A stretch of 64,000 nt of DNA from a virus (Duplodnaviria > Heunggongvirae > Uroviricota > Caudoviricetes): positions 192,001 through 256,000 of the IMG/VR virus record IMGVR_UViG_3300015615_000629. One strand, given 5' to 3'. The number at the start of each line of letters is the position of its first letter. The first letter of the stretch is position 1. Positions 8,356 to 17,134 of the stretch are shown piece after piece. Under the pieces are notes generated by a model. It searched no databases and had not been told where the DNA came from. It saw only the letters and a list, made by a program, of their open reading frames with translations. The translations under genes were made by a program, and so were the position numbers.

Positions 8356-10431
8356 TTATTCCTCTTCGTCACCCCGAGCAAAGATTCCACCAACATAATC
8401 CAATACGTCTGTGGCACTTTGTTCATTATAGCCATACTGACGGATTAAACGCTGTTTAATAGCATCAATTTTCTCTTGGATTTCAGGATCGACCACAGCA
8501 GCACCACTTACATTTAAAGCAGACAACTTAATGTGATCTTTTGTATCCTCGAACAATTTCTTCTCAAGAGCCGTGGCAAGTCGAATATTCGAATTATAAG
8601 TAAATTTCTTGCCAGAATGAGCCAAGGAACCCATAAAAGAAGCAATTGATTCGCGGAATTGACGAACACCTTGTTCGGGAACATCAATCTTTTCTTCAAT
8701 CGAACGCATAAATTTCTCGTCCGCCGATTGCAATTTTCCAGTAATCGGGTGAACAATCTTACGCTCTTCGATATAAGCCATCAAATTATCAATGTAGTTT
8801 GAACACAGACGAACAATGGCATTTTCATCGCTAACAAGGGCTTTACGAACTTCATTCTTGAGAATTTCATCCAATTCTCGAATTGCCAATTCGACACAGG
8901 TTTTGTATCTGGCAATATCTTCCTTGTTCGAGAACAACGGATGGTCTTCGAGTCCTTCCTTGATCTCATTCATTACCATGAACATGTTAACGTAATCGAA
9001 CTTCTTGCTCAAGCAATTTGAAATTTTATCTTGAACATAACGGCATGAAACTCCACCACTCATACCTTCATTCGGGTATTTGTCTTTGAGTTCTTTTACC
9101 CCATCTTCCGTCCAACCCGGCAAGGATCGTCCATCGTAAAGTTTAGCCTTTTCAATAAGGGTAATACGATTTTCTTTATCGTCTTGCAATCTAGTCAAAA
9201 CCGCCCACAAAGCAGCGATTTCAAGGGTGTGAGGAGCAATGTGTTGACGTACTTTCCCTGGGCCGTAGTAGTGTTCGAGAATCTTAAGTTCACCACTCCA
9301 ACGGGTCAAATACGGAACATCAATTTTAATGGTGCGATCACGCAAGGCTTCCATTGCCGGATTATTTCGCATCTTCTGAAATTCGTGTTCGTTCGTATGT
9401 GACAAAAGCACAGTATCAATAGAAATCTGTGGGAATTTCTTAGGCTTAATTTGTTGCTCTTGGGAGGCTCCCAGAAGGTCATAAAGAAATTCAGGCTCTA
9501 ATTTCAGCACTTCGATAAACTCGGTCATGCCTCTGTTGCCAGCACAGAATTCCCCGTCAAAATTAAATGCACGGGGATCACTATCACTACCAAAGTAGGC
9601 CAACTGACGATAATTAATATCGCCGGTCAATTCGGTAGCATCCTGATTCTTTTCATCTTTTGGCTGGAATGTACCAATACCAATTCGATCTGCTTCTGCG
9701 TAAACCTGTCGGACAACTCGAATATGTTTGTCAATCACCTCCTTCCAGTTGCCGTTATACCTCAAGAGCAATTCTCTCATGAATCGTTTGCAGCGTGGAT
9801 TTAATTCACCCTCGCAGCGTAATTTGTATAAGTTTTTACGACCTTCTTCTGAAGCCCCTTCGTGTAAAATTTCACTTAATTCTTGTAAAAAGACATTTCT
9901 AATGTCCTGTGGAATCAGCTTAAGAGGATCGTCCCGCATAGCACACATATCTTCAGCATGGGTGTAAATCCCATCATCACCAGTCGGTAGATCAACCCAT
10001 TTATACGTGTACCATGCTCCTTGATCTTCACGAGAATACTTTTCCATACCTCGCTTTAACGCCCTACACAGACTCGACTTAGAAGAACCTACCGGTCCTA
10101 AAAGCAATAGTACACGACGTTCTGTGCCGTAACCACCAGCACCACCCTTAAAGACTTTTACAAGTTCATTAAGCATTTCTTCATGGTCGAAGATTGGGCA
10201 TTCGGCGTCATCGAAAAAATTGTAATGAATATAAGTTTTACGGTATCTTTCAAAAGTTTCAGTTCCTTTGGAAAGAATCATGTCATACATTCGCTGCCAA
10301 GCATTTCTTGCTAGGCGAGGGTTTGCCCGAACACGCTCGATATATTCGGAAAAACTTAATTCTTCGTTAAGAGCAATAAATTCTTTTTGATTAAAAAGAC
10401 TAGAAAGGCGATCAAAGTCAGTATTTGACAT
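8356..10431 (-). CDS. prkA: PrkA/YeaG family AAA+ ATPase / serine kinase
   Basis: LLLLGPVGSSKS Walker A, GIGTFQPKDEKNQD, SDSDPRAFNFDGEFCAGNRG, EALRDR. Confidence 0.93.
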   Translation of the reverse strand: MSNTDFDRLSSLFNQKEFIALNEELSFSEYIERVRANPRLARNAWQRMYDMILSKGTETFERYRKTYIHYNFFDDAECPIFDHEEMLNELVKVFKGGAGGYGTERRVLLLLGPVGSSKSSLCRALKRGMEKYSREDQGAWYTYKWVDLPTGDDGIYTHAEDMCAMRDDPLKLIPQDIRNVFLQELSEILHEGASEEGRKNLYKLRCEGELNPRCKRFMRELLLRYNGNWKEVIDKHIRVVRQVYAEADRIGIGTFQPKDEKNQDATELTGDINYRQLAYFGSDSDPRAFNFDGEFCAGNRGMTEFIEVLKLEPEFLYDLLGASQEQQIKPKKFPQISIDTVLLSHTNEHEFQKMRNNPAMEALRDRTIKIDVPYLTRWSGELKILEHYYGPGKVRQHIAPHTLEIAALWAVLTRLQDDKENRITLIEKAKLYDGRSLPGWTEDGVKELKDKYPNEGMSGGVSCRYVQDKISNCLSKKFDYVNMFMVMNEIKEGLEDHPLFSNKEDIARYKTCVELAIRELDEILKNEVRKALVSDENAIVRLCSNYIDNLMAYIEERKIVHPITGKLQSADEKFMRSIEEKIDVPEQGVRQFRESIASFMGSLAHSGKKFTYNSNIRLATALEKKLFEDTKDHIKLSALNVSGAAVVDPEIQEKIDAIKQRLIRQYGYNEQSATDVLDYVGGIFARGDEEE

Positions 10432-10501
10432 ACTATTTCCTATGTTATTCCTTTGGGTGAGATAGTTTTTACGTTACTAGCGGAGAAAAAGCAAGTGGGA
10501 T

Positions 10502-10840
10502 TTACTTGACTTCTCCAAAATGTTTTCCGGAACTAATATCATCGATATCTGCATAGGGTTTGGTGCCCATATGAGACATTTTTTCAGCCATTTGACGTTG
10601 TTTGGCAACATTTGGCTTATTCCAGTTAAAGCGGTAATCATGGCCTTGATCAGTGCTATTCCAACGATCTGTGCCGATTGGATTAGTGAAATTAAAGGCA
10701 CAATTACTCACAATTTTCTCTTTTTTAAGAGAATTACAGGCAGGACATCGAACTGTCTTGTATTTGCCTGTTTTATCGTAGGGAACTAATTCTTCATACT
10801 CTAGAGAGCATTTTTTACATTGAAATTCGAAAATTGGCAC
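10502..10840 (-). CDS. FmdB-family zinc ribbon protein
   Basis: MPIFEFQCKKC...CPAC. Confidence 0.8.
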   Translation of the reverse strand: MPIFEFQCKKCSLEYEELVPYDKTGKYKTVRCPACNSLKKEKIVSNCAFNFTNPIGTDRWNSTDQGHDYRFNWNKPNVAKQRQMAEKMSHMGTKPYADIDDISSGKHFGEVK

Positions 10841-11154
10841 TATTTTTCCTCTTCGTGTTCTAGAACTCCCATTAGGAAGTTGTAGATTTCTTTTATTTTA
10901 TTTAACTTAGTTTCAATTTTTCTAAATTTCCAAAAAAATCCAGATTGGGCAATATGAATTGCTTGGGCAAGAAGTTTTTGATTTATGGCAGTATTGGCTA
11001 AATCAATTTGAGCAACCTCAATATAACTTGCGGTATCATCGTCAAAATCATCGTCAAACTCATCATCTTCAAAATCTTCGTCGTAATTCATTTTATCACC
11101 TAAAAAAAATTTGTCTACTTCTTCATTGTTGTTATCATAATTAAATCTTCTCAT
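10840..11154 (-). CDS. acidic hypothetical protein
   Basis: SD GAGG; D/E-rich tract. Confidence 0.6.
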   Translation of the reverse strand: MRRFNYDNNNEEVDKFFLGDKMNYDEDFEDDEFDDDFDDDTASYIEVAQIDLANTAINQKLLAQAIHIAQSGFFWKFRKIETKLNKIKEIYNFLMGVLEHEEEK

Positions 11155-11222
11155 AGGATTCCTCTTAGCTGTGCCTTAACCTATGGAATTTAGCCAAAAG
11201 TCAGCACTTTATTCCTTTTTAT

Positions 11223-11705
11223 TTAGCTCATAGCGTAAACGAATTCAAACTTCTCCCATGTCTTCAATACTTTCATTTCATTCAGGCTTACTTCTTCCGT
11301 TCTAAATCGTTTTACCGCATTGTTAAAAGGAAGCTCTAATCTATTTATCCACTTGCTCGCAATGTATTTGCCAACAATTGCCGAATCCACAAAACTGGAT
11401 ATATTCTTATCTTGTGCCTTAATTGGTTTGATCTCAGGATTGTCGCCAACTGCGATCACAAGTGGATACATTATCAAGAGTTGCTTGTCGAGCAAAAACT
11501 TAGATTCTCCAAGAAAATCTGTAAATGTGTACCTTAGCGGCACTTTAAAACGATAGCACCAATCAAAGAATTGATATTGTATCTCGGATCGGCGAACCAA
11601 AACAGAAACTTTCGAGTCTGGAAAGTGTTTGTGGATAGAATACCACGAGACAAAAGACATCCAGTTATCAAAATATGAATTTTTAGCTATTATTTGAAAC
11701 TCCAT
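11223..11705 (-). CDS. hypothetical protein
   Basis: 160 aa ORF on the dominant strand. Confidence 0.6.
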   Translation of the reverse strand: MEFQIIAKNSYFDNWMSFVSWYSIHKHFPDSKVSVLVRRSEIQYQFFDWCYRFKVPLRYTFTDFLGESKFLLDKQLLIMYPLVIAVGDNPEIKPIKAQDKNISSFVDSAIVGKYIASKWINRLELPFNNAVKRFRTEEVSLNEMKVLKTWEKFEFVYAMS

Positions 11706-11733
11706 AAATTAATGGAGTTAGTTGGCAATAAAA

Positions 11734-13287
11734 CTAGACTTTAAAGTCAGATAGCCCAGGCGGGACTAAATTCTTTGCTGACATAGCGGGAAAGCCCAAT
11801 TTGGCTTTAATGGTATAATATTCGACTAATTCTTTGGCATATTTGAGTCCATACTTCCTGTATTGGTCTCTCATTAGTTTTATCTTTTGAATTTTATTCA
11901 TATTTGTTGAATCGGCGAAATGATGCCAATCTTCTGGAAAAGGATCGACGAAGCCATGCGAGGCTACTAGATCGACGACGCTTTTACATTGTTGTTGTGT
12001 TAGATTTTCTGGTTCGTATAATTTGAAATTTTGCAACTGGTGAAAGACATCGTCTAATATCTTCGCATTTTTCATATCTAGATTATACTGCTGTAGTACC
12101 GATTTTTTACTACTAATGACTAGGTTAACCATTTCATGTTCTTTAGAATTAAGCATCAATCCTTTTAGAACCTTAATCATTTCATCAAAAGTTTTGTTGG
12201 CATCGTGGGCAGAGAACCAACTTAAAGCGATAGCGGCTCCGAAGAGGGGTCCGCCATAGGTGTTTTTCATAACATCTAGATATTTATCACCGGCCCATTG
12301 GGCATCACTATGCTTAGTTGCCGGAGTGGGTGCTTCTGAAGCGAATTTTCCTTGAAAGATTGGAACTTTTTTAGGATTTGCGGCAATATATTGTTCCCAA
12401 GACTGTCCAGTTTTGAGTTTAATGGCTCGGGCGGCCAATTTTTTCATTTGCGGAGAGATTTTATCAACAAGTTCAAAAGGGCTTTTAATATGGGCTTTTA
12501 GGTTGAGTGCTTTTTGCAGCCATTCGTAGGAGCTATCTTTGAGATAAGTTTCAACTTTATTAAGTACAGAGCCGGTATTGTGTTGCAAATCGTAGATATG
12601 GTCAATTTGCAAGAACATTTGGGGAAAGGATGTAGCTTTATAGAGGTCTAGCCAACCTTTGGCGATTTCGGTCCAAGATTTGCCACCATAGCCACCATGA
12701 AAGCGAGCGAAACTAAAAAGTTTCCCCATTAGGGCCATGAAGTCTTTTCGATTACCAGTTTTCTCGGCGGCTACAAAACTATCTCTTCTGGCTTTATCTT
12801 TTGAATTTTTTAAGTCTTGAGGCAATAGTTCTTGATTAACGTTTGGAACACGCATCAGGGGTTCTAACCCTCGATTTAATCCATGAAAGGTTTTGGCATA
12901 TATTTTGAAAAGGTTTAATTCTTCTTTGTTTAGATGATTAATCAGGGTACTTACATCATTCAGGTCGAAGATATGTCTAAATTCGCAAGCAGCAGAGAAG
13001 AACACAGCATCGAGAAGATTATCTTTCAAGGTTGGGAGCAACGCTTCTTTGACCTCATTGAGCATATAGTCAATTTTATCTTCATCGGAGTGTTCGCCTT
13101 CTGGAGAGAAGGTTTTCGTTCCGACATCGTATCCGTGGGCAGAAAAGGCTTTTTGCCGTTTCGAGTCTAGGGCTGAACGGCCGGTAAGATTATTCAGCAT
13201 ATAAAAATCAAATAATTGTTGTTCTTTATCTTTAGGAACAACATAATTAAAAGAGCCAAATATTTCAAAAAAATGTTTGAATTCCAC
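11734..13287 (-). CDS. putative virion-internal protein with CTS-like leader and C-terminal bL12-like motif
   Basis: GTG start with SD GAGGT; MEFKHFFE; IDHIYDLQHNTG; KIQKIKLMR...GLKYAKELVE. Confidence 0.65.
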   Translation of the reverse strand: MEFKHFFEIFGSFNYVVPKDKEQQLFDFYMLNNLTGRSALDSKRQKAFSAHGYDVGTKTFSPEGEHSDEDKIDYMLNEVKEALLPTLKDNLLDAVFFSAACEFRHIFDLNDVSTLINHLNKEELNLFKIYAKTFHGLNRGLEPLMRVPNVNQELLPQDLKNSKDKARRDSFVAAEKTGNRKDFMALMGKLFSFARFHGGYGGKSWTEIAKGWLDLYKATSFPQMFLQIDHIYDLQHNTGSVLNKVETYLKDSSYEWLQKALNLKAHIKSPFELVDKISPQMKKLAARAIKLKTGQSWEQYIAANPKKVPIFQGKFASEAPTPATKHSDAQWAGDKYLDVMKNTYGGPLFGAAIALSWFSAHDANKTFDEMIKVLKGLMLNSKEHEMVNLVISSKKSVLQQYNLDMKNAKILDDVFHQLQNFKLYEPENLTQQQCKSVVDLVASHGFVDPFPEDWHHFADSTNMNKIQKIKLMRDQYRKYGLKYAKELVEYYTIKAKLGFPAMSAKNLVPPGLSDFKV

Positions 13288-13288
13288 A

Positions 13289-13483
13289 CTACCTCTTTTT
13301 CATATAACGGGATTTTTTACCTCCGCTGGCAAAAGGAGAGGCAGGAATAGGATTCAGCGTTTTAGTTCCCATGTTGAACATACTGCCTGGAATCTGTCCT
13401 TGGCCCACAGGCGTAACCCCTTGAATTTGGGGCTTAACCACACTCATAGGGTTATTTATCTCTAAAAATTGCCTAAATGTCAT
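13289..13483 (-). CDS. small low-complexity protein with CTS-like leader
   Basis: MTFRQFLE; P/G/Q-rich; ATGA coupling. Confidence 0.65.
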   Translation of the reverse strand: MTFRQFLEINNPMSVVKPQIQGVTPVGQGQIPGSMFNMGTKTLNPIPASPFASGGKKSRYMKKR

Positions 13484-13725
13484 TGTTGAGCAACCCCATT
13501 TATTTGATCTGCCATCTTGGCTAAATCGGCAATTTGCTGGGGCGTCATATTTTTATTCGCCATTTTTTGCTGCAAAACCGTCTTTACCGCCGCTTGAGCA
13601 TTTCCTTTGCTTTGCATGGCTTTACTTAAAGCAGCCTGAATATCTTGCATGTTATTTTGCGGCTGCCCTACTTGCGGCTGAGTAGGTTGTTGCTGCATCT
13701 GTTGGACAAATTCTTTAAAATCCAT
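13480..13725 (-). CDS. Gln-rich protein with CTS-like leader
   Basis: MDFKEFVQ; TATATA 5 nt before ATG. Confidence 0.65.
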   Translation of the reverse strand: MDFKEFVQQMQQQPTQPQVGQPQNNMQDIQAALSKAMQSKGNAQAAVKTVLQQKMANKNMTPQQIADLAKMADQINGVAQQ

Positions 13726-13737
13726 AGAAGTATATAG

Positions 13738-13998
13738 TTACTTCCAAACTTCTTCCCCATTTTCATTGATAAAATGGACAACATCTCTACCAGAAGTACA
13801 AGGATGTTTACCTATAATTTGAATTTTACCAGCATGCACCTTACGATGACAGTTTGAACAGGCACAAATGGTGTTTTGATTGGTATATTTGCCTTTTTTT
13901 GAACCAGGAACTAAACGATGAATATCGAGAACTTCATAACAATCATTGCCACAAAGTTGACATTTTCCGGCTAATCGCTTTGCTAATTTTTTATTCAA
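13738..13998 (-). CDS. HNH endonuclease
   Basis: CQLCG...LDIHRL...N...CSNCHRKVH. Confidence 0.8.
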   Translation of the reverse strand: MNKKLAKRLAGKCQLCGNDCYEVLDIHRLVPGSKKGKYTNQNTICACSNCHRKVHAGKIQIIGKHPCTSGRDVVHFINENGEEVWK

Positions 13999-14041
13999 AT
14001 TGGTGATCTATATATTAATAACCTCTTTAAAGGAGAAGCAA

Positions 14042-14224
14042 ATGAAAAATTTCATGATTCTTTGTGTCATGGCTCTTGGTTGCCTTGTTGCAGTTGGTTG
14101 CCACAAGTGCGATCCTTGCCATCACGGAAAATGCTGCTGTTGCTGTGATTGCAAGTGCAAAGATTGCCATTGTGACAAAGGTTGCACGCACGAATGCAAG
14201 GGCGATCATTGCGAAGTCAAGTAA
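14042..14224 (+). CDS. Cys/His-rich metallothionein-like lipoprotein
   Basis: SD AAGGAG before ATG 14042; lipobox-like VAVG-C; 15 Cys + 6 His in 41 mature residues. Confidence 0.65.
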   Translation: MKNFMILCVMALGCLVAVGCHKCDPCHHGKCCCCCDCKCKDCHCDKGCTHECKGDHCEVK

Positions 14225-14242
14225 CTATGCTAGAATAGCCGA

Positions 14243-14905
14243 ATGGCATGTTTTCGCGGACAAAAATCGACTGGCAGAACCACTTGTTGGCATGCAAGCC
14301 CTAAAGCAGACATTACAAAGTTTGCGGGCCACGCTCTAAAACAAGAGAAAACCGGAAAAACCGGTTTATACGTGGCTCCGACTTACCTAGAATCCATTGC
14401 ATGGGCAGCAAGTTACGTCATGCACAAGAAAAAAGGTTGCGACACATATCGCAACCTTTCTTTTTATAAACTCTCAATTCCAAGAGAAATCTTAAACAAA
14501 GCTTGGAAAAATGATGGTTGGCAAAAAGAATTCTTTATTGAAGAAAAACATTTCTCAGAAATCCAAATTATTTCTCATAAAACTCTTTCTTGCAACGAAA
14601 TAACCAGCCTTTACGCTCGCCACGGCTCCATCCGTTGGGATCATCAACGAGGCCGTGTTTCTAAGGATTTCGAAAATAACGAAACAAATCTATCCATTAC
14701 AGAATATAAACGTCTAATCAAACAATATCATGAAGTCATCTATAATCTAGATAAAGCCGCAAAAACCAGAATAAATGAATTATTAAACTTCCTAAAACGA
14801 TATCACTACACCTACGTATACGAGATTAAAGAAACTCTAGATAAACGTGACGAAAAAGTAGTAAAAAGCATTATTCAAGACATAGAATCATTGCTTAAAT
14901 GCTAG
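14243..14905 (+). CDS. possible ADP-ribosyltransferase-fold protein
   Basis: WHAS...GLYVAP...KEFFI pattern resembles H-Y-E ART strands. Confidence 0.4.
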   Translation: MACFRGQKSTGRTTCWHASPKADITKFAGHALKQEKTGKTGLYVAPTYLESIAWAASYVMHKKKGCDTYRNLSFYKLSIPREILNKAWKNDGWQKEFFIEEKHFSEIQIISHKTLSCNEITSLYARHGSIRWDHQRGRVSKDFENNETNLSITEYKRLIKQYHEVIYNLDKAAKTRINELLNFLKRYHYTYVYEIKETLDKRDEKVVKSIIQDIESLLKC

Positions 14906-15210
14906 TTTATTTCTTCGACCCACATAACGAAGAAGAATGCGGCTGTAGTGAGCCGCTGCCAATATCTCTACAATGTCTAGCCAATCAATGGGCTGGAAAA
15001 ACTGGCAACCCCAGGGAATTAGCGGAGTTAATTTCCGAAATAGAACCAGATGCAACTATAAGCGTTTCCCCGCCTAAACTCTGTGAGTTAATGAATACTT
15101 GGCATTTTGGCATGATTTGTGTTGGTTTGGGAAGGGAAGTCGAAATCATCCAAGACTTAACCCTAAGAGAATTTAATTGGCGACTGCTAAAATTTAGGGA
15201 GATAAAATGA
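14899..15210 (+). CDS. hypothetical protein
   Basis: 103 aa, overlaps the previous stop. Confidence 0.55.
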   Translation: MLVYFFDPHNEEECGCSEPLPISLQCLANQWAGKTGNPRELAELISEIEPDATISVSPPKLCELMNTWHFGMICVGLGREVEIIQDLTLREFNWRLLKFREIK

Positions 15211-15306
15211 ACGCTCGTGAGGCTTAAAAGCCAACAATATAAAAGGAAACCCAAGAATTCCAGGGACAAATAAACCCAAAACTCCCAAAAACAAATAGAT
15301 TTTCAT
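15187..15306 (-). CDS. 39-aa membrane peptide (not in ORF track)
   Basis: MKIYLFLGVLGLFVPGILGFPFILLAFK...; ATGA overlap with 15303-15395. Confidence 0.45.
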   Translation of the reverse strand: MKIYLFLGVLGLFVPGILGFPFILLAFKPHERSFYLPKF

Positions 15307-15395
15307 TTGGTATCATCCGTATAGTTCAATGCCACATACAACACCACGGCAACAACCATAATAACCAGAAAATAGATTATTTTTATAGTAATCAT
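15303..15395 (-). CDS. 30-aa membrane peptide (not in ORF track)
   Basis: MITIKIIYFLVIMVVAVVLYVALNYTDDTK; ATGA overlaps at both ends. Confidence 0.5.
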   Translation of the reverse strand: MITIKIIYFLVIMVVAVVLYVALNYTDDTK

Positions 15396-15640
15396 ATCAA
15401 AACATCAAAATTGAATGGAGAAACGTGCAAGCCTTCATCGAAACGACTTATAAACCGCTCTAATGTTTCTTCTGTGTCTTTATCGACACAGAAATTCCTT
15501 GAACCACTAAAAATTCTACTAGGATAAACCGTTACTTTCTTCAAATCAAAAGTATCTTTAACCGCCAAGGCTATCGGACAGGAACCAGTCCCTCGCCGAC
15601 TCCCTTTCTTAATATGTGAATATGTTACATTAACCTTCAT
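15392..15640 (-). CDS. hypothetical phage protein
   Basis: MKVNVT..HIKKG...CPIALA; coupled to guaC. Confidence 0.6.
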   Translation of the reverse strand: MKVNVTYSHIKKGSRRGTGSCPIALAVKDTFDLKKVTVYPSRIFSGSRNFCVDKDTEETLERFISRFDEGLHVSPFNFDVLI

Positions 15641-16716
15641 TTTGTGACCCTTATAAAATTCCCATTGCCTATTAGTTTTTGTAATTTATTACAATTATTG
15701 TAAGTACAACAACTTGCCAGACTTCCCTTTATATCTTGAATTAAATTAACTACAGGGCCTTTATAGGGGATCATTAGTTCTTTCCCTTCGGAAGTCCTGT
15801 AATGCGACAGACCGCCATTATATTTATCATTGGCGGTTTTACTGGACATGCCATAAAACTTCATGGCTTTCTTAATCTGGCGTCCTGTATATTTAGTAAA
15901 ACCTTCTCCCCTTGCCGGATTCATGTTTCTAATTACTTCCGGCTCCATTTCCCATTCTGCATCGCATTCGTCGTGCCCTGCAAAAATAGTTCCAGCACAG
16001 ACCATGTGAGCACCGCCAGCAATTGCCTTGCAAAAATCCGCTGGCTGGTTGCATCCACCGTCGGAACAGATCAAAAAGCCATGCTCATCAGCGGCTTCAG
16101 CACACTTCGTTATCATTGAAAATTGTGGCCAATAAATACCAGCCTTGTTTTTAGTATTACAGGCTCCACCCCCAGCAATCCCACACCTTACAACATCTGC
16201 TCCAGCCGCCCATACGCTTAGAGCCCCCTCTGCCGTGCAAACATTACCAGCCATTATTACCTTATAAGGATAAAGCAACCTAACTTCATGCACAAATTTA
16301 AGAAAATCATACATGTAGCCATTGGCTACATCGATTAAAATATTATAAATTTCACAAGCATCGCTTATTTCTTTTAATTTATCTAAATCTGAATCGCCGA
16401 TACCAATGGAAATAAAGGTGCTTTTCGCTAAATCAGGATTAATCTTGTAAAAATTGATTATATCGTGGGCAGGATGGTACTTATGAAGTGCCGTCATCAT
16501 TCCATGTTCGGAAAGAGCAGTCGCCATAGGAAATGAGGCAATCGTATCCATATTGGTACAAATTACCGGACATAGTCTTAATTTCTGATTAGAAACAGGT
16601 GTAAGATACTCACAGGTCAAGTCTACATCGGCTCTGGAGCGAACTTGACTAATGCCAATAGGATAGAGGGCAACGTCATCAAAGCCTAATTGTGGCTTAG
16701 TTAAAATATTTACCAT
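15637..16716 (-). CDS. guaC: GMP reductase
   Basis: FDDV, NMDT, ALHKY, IDVANGY, MAGNV, SDGG, FAGHDE, FYGMSS, YRTSEGK. Confidence 0.9.
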   Translation of the reverse strand: MVNILTKPQLGFDDVALYPIGISQVRSRADVDLTCEYLTPVSNQKLRLCPVICTNMDTIASFPMATALSEHGMMTALHKYHPAHDIINFYKINPDLAKSTFISIGIGDSDLDKLKEISDACEIYNILIDVANGYMYDFLKFVHEVRLLYPYKVIMAGNVCTAEGALSVWAAGADVVRCGIAGGGACNTKNKAGIYWPQFSMITKCAEAADEHGFLICSDGGCNQPADFCKAIAGGAHMVCAGTIFAGHDECDAEWEMEPEVIRNMNPARGEGFTKYTGRQIKKAMKFYGMSSKTANDKYNGGLSHYRTSEGKELMIPYKGPVVNLIQDIKGSLASCCTYNNCNKLQKLIGNGNFIRVTK

Positions 16717-17039
16717 TTTAAAGGTGTCTTAAATTTTATATTTTCTTCGTCTACTTCAACAACTTTAATTATTTTAACGGTTTGAAGTATTTCACGCAAG
16801 CCGTCTAAAGAACTTATCTCAACATTTTCTGAAAATTGAATATCCGGCTCGCCAAAACAAAAAAGAACGCGAGCATTATCTTTGTAAAAAAGAGAGATTG
16901 GTGGTTGTCTAAGATCAACAAATTCTACAAAGTTTTCCCAGTTGTATAGAAAAAGAGCGAACCAACGACGTTTTACACACTCAAGGCATGGTTGGTAAGG
17001 AGTTACAGTAAATTTACATTCGTAGCAGATTTCATCCAT
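16710..17039 (-). CDS. hypothetical protein with two CxxC motifs
   Basis: CYEC...CLEC. Confidence 0.55.
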   Translation of the reverse strand: MDEICYECKFTVTPYQPCLECVKRRWFALFLYNWENFVEFVDLRQPPISLFYKDNARVLFCFGEPDIQFSENVEISSLDGLREILQTVKIIKVVEVDEENIKFKTPLKW

Positions 17040-17041
17040 TG

Positions 17042-17110
17042 AAAAAAATTACCTTGCCCCATACTGACCGCCTTCCATCTCGATTAAGGGACCAAGGCAT
17101 TACTCCATTA
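17042..17110 (-). ncRNA. candidate small late RNA or terminator-containing leader
   Basis: TAAATA at 17115-17120; hairpin 17050-17099 followed by a U-run. Confidence 0.35.
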
Positions 17111-17134
17111 CTACTATTTACTGGTAATAATCAA

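Noticed and set aside
10465-10494. sigma70 promoter for prkA (TTGCTT-17-TAAAAA)
   Set aside because: The -10 lacks the conserved final T; too weak to call.
11155-11222. Possible leader hairpin after a TAAATA motif
   Set aside because: Short, G-U-rich pairing compatible with chance.
17042-17110. Purine riboswitch for guaC
   Set aside because: Lacks the three-way junction and conserved purine aptamer nucleotides.
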